Translations under genes and position numbers: made by a program
Shown here: piece by piece, positions 42,050-47,093 of the stretch
Position numbering within the stretch: position 1 is the first letter of the stretch
Layout: each line of letters opens with the position of its first letter
NCBI GenBank assembly: GCA_038227435.1
Contig: JBBRPW010000001.1
Span: forward strand, 9,632 to 73,631
Length of the DNA stretch: 64,000 nucleotides
Direction: 5' to 3'
Source of the DNA: Minisyncoccia bacterium
GTDB lineage: Bacteria > Patescibacteriota > Minisyncoccia > Phycocordibacterales > CALRBL01
Notes under the pieces: generated by a model
What the model saw: the letters and a program-made list of their open reading frames with translations, nothing else
Told to the model about the DNA's origin: nothing
Database searches by the model: none

Positions 42050-42078
42050 AATTTAGCATAATAAAATTGGTCTGTCAA
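42050..42078 (-). promoter_or_regulatory. Sigma70 promoter for the antisense minigene transcript
   Basis: Reverse complement reads TTGACA-N17-TAAATT with an extended -10 TGn. Confidence 0.55.
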
Positions 42079-42326
42079 CATGTTTTAACTAAATTGAGTA
42101 TATTTGATCAATTTTATATAAAATAAGGCTATGAATATAGCTTCAATAGTGTTTTTACTTGTTATTGTCGGTTTTTGTGTTTTGACACCTGAAAAATACT
42201 ACAAAACAAATATTTTTTAATGCAATTAATGTAGTTTTATGTCATATCTAATTTACATATATTGTATATAATATCCTTATTTATCAATACTATAATGGAA
42301 TATTAAATTTAATCTGTCATAAACAC

Positions 42327-42354
42327 TTGACAAAAATATAAATATCCGTATTAT
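42327..42354 (+). promoter_or_regulatory. Sigma70 promoter of the ribozyme island
   Basis: TTGACA-N16-TATTAT; -35 overlapped by a TGTCA-N8-TGACA inverted repeat (42315-42332); AT-rich upstream region. Confidence 0.7.
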
Positions 42355-42395
42355 CTTTCTCAGTTAGAACTTTTCACCTCAACCCCCAAAGAACA

Positions 42396-42455
42396 ATGCG
42401 TTACTACGTGCTCCCCGACGGGACCGTGGTGATCAACCCCTCTGACGCCTACTAA
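42396..42455 (+). CDS. 19-aa micropeptide MRYYVLPDGTVVINPSDAY
   Basis: First ORF after the promoter, strongly C/G-ending codons, same TCAACCCC leader as other island ORFs. Confidence 0.55.
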   Translation: MRYYVLPDGTVVINPSDAY

Positions 42456-42478
42456 GGCGTTACGGGATGATCCCACTT

Positions 42479-42530
42479 CTGCGGCTTAGGCACGCGGGGG
42501 AATAATGCACCCTGGCAACAGAATCGCATC
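42479..42530 (+). repeat. Structured element A, copy 1
   Basis: ctgcggcttaggcacgcgggg...cctggcaacagaat shared with 43777-43828. Confidence 0.85.
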
Positions 42531-42561
42531 CACTAAAACATCACCCTAATTTTTTACAACT

Positions 42562-42843
42562 ATGAAAAAGATCGTGATCGGAATGATGGTCGTTCTCGCT
42601 CTACTCTTGTCGTTTGTTGCAGGTGTCTTCTACGGCACCAACGCAACTATCGCCAAGATGGAATTGCTGGAAACCCCCAGAGGCCGCATTCTTTACTACT
42701 TCATTCCGAATACATCTGCTTCGACAGAAATTTATTCGCTTGATAGTGGAGAAGATGCTGATCTCTACGAGGATTCAACACAAATTCCTGACGAAGACGT
42801 GACTGAGAGGAAAGACTCTCTGAAGGACGACACTAACCTTTAA
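42562..42843 (+). CDS. Small secreted/membrane hypothetical protein
   Basis: MKKIVIG plus hydrophobic helix, acidic tail; 3' end runs into element B1. Confidence 0.7.
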   Translation: MKKIVIGMMVVLALLLSFVAGVFYGTNATIAKMELLETPRGRILYYFIPNTSASTEIYSLDSGEDADLYEDSTQIPDEDVTERKDSLKDDTNL

Positions 42844-42898
42844 TTCAAAAGTGTTTATTTTTGCGACCGTTTTAAATGGTTGGTTGGCGTGCAGCGCT
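42800..42898 (+). repeat. Structured element B, copy 1
   Basis: 99-nt repeat with 3 mismatches to 45768-45866 by manual alignment. Confidence 0.9.
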
Positions 42899-42935
42899 AA
42901 GAGAAAACTTTAAATCCTAACTATAAAAAGTTAGA

Positions 42936-42985
42936 TCTGTCTCGAAATGTAATTTCGACTGATGAGCTCTAGAGAGCGAAACAGA
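42936..42985 (+). ncRNA. Hammerhead ribozyme, type III (HHR1), predicted cleavage after C42941
   Basis: tctGTC-[tcgaaat gta atttcga]-CTGATGA-[gctc taga gagc]-GAAAcaga: complete catalytic core and three stems. Confidence 0.93.
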
Positions 42986-43022
42986 AAGTACTTTAAAACC
43001 AAGAAAAATAATAAAAGTTAAA

Positions 43023-43402
43023 TTCGTCTGCACTTGAGAGTGTTTTTAAAAATATTCTCACGTGCAGGCGAAAGTAGCGCCAAAGCATGTGATCGGTAGT
43101 ACACATTTAAATCTTGAGTGAGTGTCTCGGATTTAAGTGGAGTTGTACTACGTATTAATTCATCACCAAAAAAATGATTAGTGGGATGTTCTGATTGTTC
43201 TCGTACGCCTCGCGAGAGACCAACAGTCAAAATGTCACATCATTTGAGTAGGGACAAGCAGTTCGTTGCTGTGCACCGAACTTTGATGAATTATGGCTGT
43301 GAACGATCTGAGGTGAGTACCGCAAGGTAACTCAGTTTGATCTAGTAATAGTTATGGGGAAAGCGCATAAGGCTTGGTCGCCAAGTGTGTATTACCTGCT
43401 AC
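43023..43402 (+). ncRNA. Large multi-helix structured RNA (unidentified)
   Basis: Helices ttcgtctgcac/gtgcaggcgaa, gtagtaca/tgtactac, taattcatca/tgatgaatta, tacc-GCAA-ggta, gcttgg/ccaagt, closed by gtagc/gctac; no credible ORF. Confidence 0.7.
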
Positions 43403-43436
43403 AAAATTTCTAAACCTCAACCAAAAAAGAATTACT

Positions 43437-43772
43437 ATGGCACATTACAGTACTTTTATTTTTCAGTTGCCAGGATGTCCCGAGATTTATATGAGTACTC
43501 GGTACAACATTATTCAGGACTTTGATTGCATTCGAAATAAGTTTGGAAAGGGGTTGATTAAGTTCAAACCTTTCTACAAGCCTGATCGAGTGCAATTTAC
43601 TCCTCCGAGTAATGGAGAAAAGCATCCTTGGGTATTGCTGACTAAATATCAGCGTAGGAAGATTCAAACCTTCCTCAATGTGGTCTACCGAAAGGGAAAC
43701 CACAGGGTACCTCGGAGATGGCGCAAGTTCGTAAAGAACGACGGCGTCTTTCCAAAGGAGTGTCTCGACTGA
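43437..43772 (+). CDS. Basic hypothetical protein (111 aa)
   Basis: Start trimmed to ATG 43437 after the cctcaacc-A-rich leader; R/K/aromatic-rich. Confidence 0.65.
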   Translation: MAHYSTFIFQLPGCPEIYMSTRYNIIQDFDCIRNKFGKGLIKFKPFYKPDRVQFTPPSNGEKHPWVLLTKYQRRKIQTFLNVVYRKGNHRVPRRWRKFVKNDGVFPKECLD

Positions 43773-43776
43773 GCAA

Positions 43777-43828
43777 CTGCGGCTTAGGCACGCGGGGTAC
43801 ACATACTACCTGGCAACAGAATTGTATG
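43777..43828 (+). repeat. Structured element A, copy 2
   Basis: Shared flanks with copy 1; variable middle shows compensatory pairing. Confidence 0.85.
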
Positions 43829-43857
43829 AAACTGACTAGTAATTATTTACTAGTCAC

Positions 43858-43907
43858 TCTGTCTCGAAATGTAATTTCGACTGATGAGCTCTAGAGAGCG
43901 AAACAGA
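43858..43907 (+). ncRNA. Hammerhead ribozyme, type III (HHR2), predicted cleavage after C43863
   Basis: Identical in sequence to HHR1. Confidence 0.93.
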
Positions 43908-43933
43908 AATACATTAAAAATAAAATAATTTCT

Positions 43934-44271
43934 TTACACCTCATCCGGCGTTTATTTGCGGCACGAAAATAACCACGCAAACAAAAAATGTGGAAACCCG
44001 CTAGACGCTGGTTGAGGTGTAATGAACAAAAAATATAGGTTGCTAGTTAACCTGATCCGAGGAGCTCTGGTTTTCCATAAGGAAAACTAAAACTTTCGGG
44101 CTTTAGTGGGGCAAGCAACGTAACGCCGGATGCGTACGTGTGAGGCCAAAAGCACAAAAACTACTTGTTTGCCCAGCTATCGGGGAATAAGCGTCGTTCG
44201 TGGTACGGCGTTATGAGCATAAGTATCAAAATCTCCGAAGCCATTCGCCCTTAAGGGTGAAATGGTTCTAG
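43934..44271 (+). ncRNA. Second large multi-helix structured RNA (unidentified)
   Basis: ttacacctca/tgaggtgtaa with ccggcgttta/tagacgctgg; tggttttcc-ataa-ggaaaacta; gggcaagcaa/ttgtttgccc; ccatt-cgccc-ttaa-gggtg-aatgg; no ORF. Confidence 0.7.
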
Positions 44272-44304
44272 TGAGGAATTTTGAGAACGTTCTCTAACAA
44301 CCAC

Positions 44305-44355
44305 TTTGTTTATCGATGTGTTTCGATACTGAAGAGCTCAAAAGAGCGAAACAGA
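44305..44355 (+). ncRNA. Hammerhead ribozyme, type III variant (HHR3), predicted cleavage after U44310
   Basis: tttGTT-[tatcga tgtgtt tcgata]-CTGAAGA-[gctc aaaa gagc]-GAAAcaga; GUU triplet, CUGANGA core with N=A. Confidence 0.85.
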
Positions 44356-44393
44356 AGATCTTTAAATTTCAGCAACTTCAACCCCCTAAAAAA

Positions 44394-44699
44394 ATGCAAA
44401 ACCCATATGGTTCGGAGAAGCAGTTGGAAACCACCGAACAGCAGATCGACCGCCGTGTCGCGCTCAGTGTCCTCGAAGTGAGCTACCATTTTTGGGGCGC
44501 ACTTCGGGGTGGTGGCGAACGGGCCGCTGCGAACCTTTTGAACAGTTTGAAAGGTGCAGCACCACGCGGCTACTACTTCACTGTCTCGGCAGATAGGGAG
44601 TGGCGTCCGCGTGCAAACAAAGACGGAACGTTCGAGTTCCGCCGCCTGTTTCAGCCCCGAACCAACACTGTCGCCATCATCGGATTGGCAAGACGATAG
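44394..44699 (+). CDS. Hypothetical protein (101 aa)
   Basis: Start trimmed to ATG 44394 after tcaaccccct-A-rich leader; the longer ORF overlaps HHR3. Confidence 0.65.
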   Translation: MQNPYGSEKQLETTEQQIDRRVALSVLEVSYHFWGALRGGGERAAANLLNSLKGAAPRGYYFTVSADREWRPRANKDGTFEFRRLFQPRTNTVAIIGLARR

Positions 44700-44719
44700 T
44701 GCCGGAAGGGTTGAAACAC

Positions 44720-44827
44720 ACGTTAAGAGTCACCGTAAAAAACTCTGGTCTGATCCACTAACAACGATCACTCGTTTATCGTATGCGAGCTTCAAAAAAC
44801 GTTCGGGTCCGCCCGTGATAGCGGCGT
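44720..44827 (+). repeat. Structured element C, copy 1
   Basis: 108-nt repeat with 7 mismatches to 46431-46538 by manual alignment. Confidence 0.9.
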
Positions 44828-44831
44828 CGGT

Positions 44832-44856
44832 AGGGGAATTTATTTCCCCACTTTAT
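44832..44856 (+). terminator. Weak terminator-like hairpin
   Basis: ggggaa-tttat-ttcccc followed by acttt. Confidence 0.45.
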
Positions 44857-44916
44857 TGAGCCTGTCACATTCGGTGATTGGTTCATCAAGTTCGTTCTTT
44901 TCAAAAAAATAAAAAT

Positions 44917-45330
44917 ATGAAACTTAACGTCAAGGCTATCCGTAGTTTTGTGCTTAGTCAGGTAGTGGACAAGGAAGAGTCAGAAGCACTCATCTTTTAT
45001 TTGGCTGGCATCAATGCCGAATTCTATCTCGTAGATCCTCACACCTGCGGAGAAGAAGCAGGAGAGATTGGCTTCATGGGTTTCAACTTCACCGACAAGG
45101 TGAATGATGCAATGAATGCTGGTCTTTGGGCTGTGATTTACGACGATGGGCGCGATTATGCTTACCATAAGTACTTCCTTTTCGAGGAAGACGCTAAAAG
45201 TTTTGCAAATCGGGTTGGTGGAGGCTTATTGAAGTACACCAACACTGCAAATCGGCTGAAAGTTATTGCCCACTTTAGAAAGTTGGGCTTAATCGAAGAA
45301 GTTCCTGAAGAAGAAGGAATTCTCGAATAA
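44917..45330 (+). CDS. Hypothetical protein (137 aa)
   Basis: Start trimmed to ATG 44917; natural amino-acid composition. Confidence 0.7.
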   Translation: MKLNVKAIRSFVLSQVVDKEESEALIFYLAGINAEFYLVDPHTCGEEAGEIGFMGFNFTDKVNDAMNAGLWAVIYDDGRDYAYHKYFLFEEDAKSFANRVGGGLLKYTNTANRLKVIAHFRKLGLIEEVPEEEGILE

Positions 45331-45347
45331 CTTTAAGTCAATTCATA

Positions 45348-45410
45348 TACGTTCTGCATAACGTAAAAAATGTAGCTGTTTTGCTCAATATGCGTGCAAG
45401 AAATTGCATG
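45348..45410 (+). other. Tandem predicted H-type pseudoknots (related to first pseudoknot of element C)
   Basis: tacgtt-ctgcat-aacgta-aaaa-atgtag; ttttgc-(tatgcg)-gcaaga...tgcatg. Confidence 0.55.
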
Positions 45411-45463
45411 TCGACATATTGGCTTCTTCAGTGAAAAAAGAAGGTAAGAAAGGAGGATCAACA

Positions 45464-45760
45464 ATGATCATCGACCTTTCTCTTCGTAATGAGCGCCTGT
45501 ACAAGGGTTGCGAAATTACGGAGGTGGCAGGCCGGCTGAACTTGGTTACTCCAGTTGCTGATGCAGTTAATATCGTTGGCCGCAACGCCAATGGGTTGAT
45601 TGCAGAAGTTGCTGCGAGTGATCGGAGCGAAGTCGAGCTTACGGGTCCGATGGCGGTTTGGTCTTACTTGATCGTTTTCCACGCTGTGGTTCACGCCTTT
45701 TCGAAGGTGTACTACAACGATGGGAAAGGTCGGGTACTGATCGCCGCCCACGGCGCCTGA
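45464..45760 (+). CDS. Csx3/Crn3-like ring nuclease homologue (98 aa)
   Basis: SD aaggagga; C-terminal half EVELTGPMAVWSYLIVFHAVVHAFSKVYYNDGKGRVLIAAH matches the remembered Csx3 pattern (hhhsG..phW......H...H....V..D...G.hhh..H). Confidence 0.55.
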   Translation: MIIDLSLRNERLYKGCEITEVAGRLNLVTPVADAVNIVGRNANGLIAEVAASDRSEVELTGPMAVWSYLIVFHAVVHAFSKVYYNDGKGRVLIAAHGA

Positions 45761-45767
45761 TGCCATC

Positions 45768-45866
45768 TGACTGAGAGGAAAGACTCTCTGAAGGACGACA
45801 CTAACCTTTAATTCAGAAGTGTCTATTTTTGCGACCGTTTTAAATGGTTGGTTGGCGTGCATCGCT
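45768..45866 (+). repeat. Structured element B, copy 2
   Basis: Near-identical to 42800-42898. Confidence 0.9.
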
Positions 45867-45890
45867 GACGGATAGATGTTCTATCCGTCA

Positions 45891-45940
45891 TCTGTCACAG
45901 GGTATTACCTTGTCTGATGAGTTCAAAAGAACGAAACAGA
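45891..45940 (+). ncRNA. Hammerhead ribozyme, type III (HHR4), predicted cleavage after C45896
   Basis: tctGTC-[acagggt att accttgt]-CTGATGA-[gttc aaaa gaac]-GAAAcaga; stems covary relative to HHR1. Confidence 0.93.
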
Positions 45941-45970
45941 AGATCTTTCAAAACTCCACAAATAATTTTT

Positions 45971-46204
45971 ATGAATAATCATTCGAAAGAATTGGTATGT
46001 GTTCGAGTGATTAATGTATGCGCATCCATTAAAGGCTCTTTTGGATTAGGTCACTTTATAAAAGTCGATCTGTCTGGAGTCAGTGATTGGTATATATACT
46101 GCTCAAAAACTAAACCAATTGTCGGACAAGAAATTTCCATGTTTCTTACTATGTACGGCAAATGGACATGTCTCGATGACAGAGACAATGTCGAATCATT
46201 TTAG
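45971..46204 (+). CDS. Small hypothetical protein (77 aa)
   Basis: Start trimmed to ATG 45971 downstream of HHR4; beta-strand-rich pattern. Confidence 0.55.
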   Translation: MNNHSKELVCVRVINVCASIKGSFGLGHFIKVDLSGVSDWYIYCSKTKPIVGQEISMFLTMYGKWTCLDDRDNVESF

Positions 46205-46219
46205 TCGAATTAAAACCCT

Positions 46220-46423
46220 ATGATCAACATCATCAAATCTACTCGCTATAAGGTGAGTGGCTTCATTCGTAACTGCGTTAAAAACCCTCGCACGAGCTGG
46301 AAGCTGCGGAAGCAATTGGCTTCTCGCAGCATGCGTCGCCTCGATCGAAAGGTGATCGCTGCAACGGATGTTGAGGAGCATTCGTCGTGTGTCGTATACA
46401 ATAACTTCCTGGGCTATCCGTAG
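46220..46423 (+). CDS. Small basic hypothetical protein (67 aa)
   Basis: ATG after aaaaccct leader; R/K-rich. Confidence 0.6.
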   Translation: MINIIKSTRYKVSGFIRNCVKNPRTSWKLRKQLASRSMRRLDRKVIAATDVEEHSSCVVYNNFLGYP

Positions 46424-46430
46424 CAAGGAA

Positions 46431-46538
46431 ACGTTAAGAGTCAACGTAAAAAACTCTGGTCTGATCCACCAACAATGATCACTTGTTTATCGTATGCGAG
46501 CAACAAAAAACGTTCGGGTCCGCCCGTAATAGCGGCGT
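46431..46538 (+). repeat. Structured element C, copy 2
   Basis: Near-identical to 44720-44827. Confidence 0.9.
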
Positions 46539-46542
46539 GGTT

Positions 46543-46570
46543 AAGAGGAACATCAGTTCCTCTTTTTTTA
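46543..46570 (+). terminator. Intrinsic terminator closing the island
   Basis: aagaggaac-atca-gttcctctt followed by T run. Confidence 0.85.
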
Positions 46571-46615
46571 TTTCTAAATCAAATTAAGTTAAAATTTATA
46601 AACCTACTTATTAAT

Positions 46616-47053
46616 TTATTTATCGAGCTCTGAAATTATTTTTTGAGCAATATCTTCTTTTTCTCCATCTTTATAAATAATATGTTCACCATATCTCATA
46701 CTCACTCCTTTATAACGAGGGATTAAATGTGCGTGTATATGTAATATTTCCTGGCCTCCATATGAGCGATTGTTAATGAGTAGATTTACTCCATCAAGTT
46801 TAAGAGCATTCTCTAAAACGTTTGCCACCCTTTTAACTCCTTTCATCATTGTTCCAAAAAGTTCTGTGTCGATCTGAAATATGTCGTCAGCATGTGTTTT
46901 TGGAATAATAATTGTATGTCCTAAGGCAAGAGGATTAATATCGAGGAATACAAAGACATCTGCGTCTTCATAAAGCTTTGTTGTGTTAACTTCTCCTGTA
47001 ATCATTTTGCAAAAGATGCAATCTTTATGGGTTAATTCGTTATTCATGGCCAT
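46616..47053 (-). CDS. HIT family hydrolase
   Basis: CIFC, FLDINP...GH, HIHAHLIPR. Confidence 0.95.
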   Translation of the reverse strand: MAMNNELTHKDCIFCKMITGEVNTTKLYEDADVFVFLDINPLALGHTIIIPKTHADDIFQIDTELFGTMMKGVKRVANVLENALKLDGVNLLINNRSYGGQEILHIHAHLIPRYKGVSMRYGEHIIYKDGEKEDIAQKIISELDK

Positions 47054-47093
47054 ATTTTAACACGTATACGGGCTAGCATGATACAATCTTTTC

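Noticed and set aside
43023-44271. Large structured RNAs as group I/II introns, RNase P, tmRNA or SRP
   Set aside because: I found no GUGYG start or domain V, no group I P7 core, no GAGGAAAGUCC and no tRNA-like ends. A covariance-model search is still needed to exclude divergent members.
44720-44750. PK1 of element C as a preQ1-I riboswitch or pistol ribozyme
   Set aside because: Similar H-type topology, but the conserved loop nucleotides are absent and it lies 3' of ORFs rather than in a leader.
43410-46444. Minus-strand and alternative-frame ORFs in the island (43410-43802, 44554-44859, 45458-45862, 46196-46444 and others)
   Set aside because: Shadows of the + strand genes and RNA elements in locally GC-richer DNA; promoter, ribozymes and leaders all indicate + strand expression.
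42479-46538. Repeats in the island as a CRISPR array
   Set aside because: Repeats are 50-108 nt, belong to several families, are irregularly spaced and separated by genes; no cas genes; the single GTTGAAAC near 44710 is not repeated.
42360-46570. Island as a prophage, IS or retroelement
   Set aside because: No integrase, transposase, reverse transcriptase or structural genes and no evident terminal repeats; not called mobile_element.
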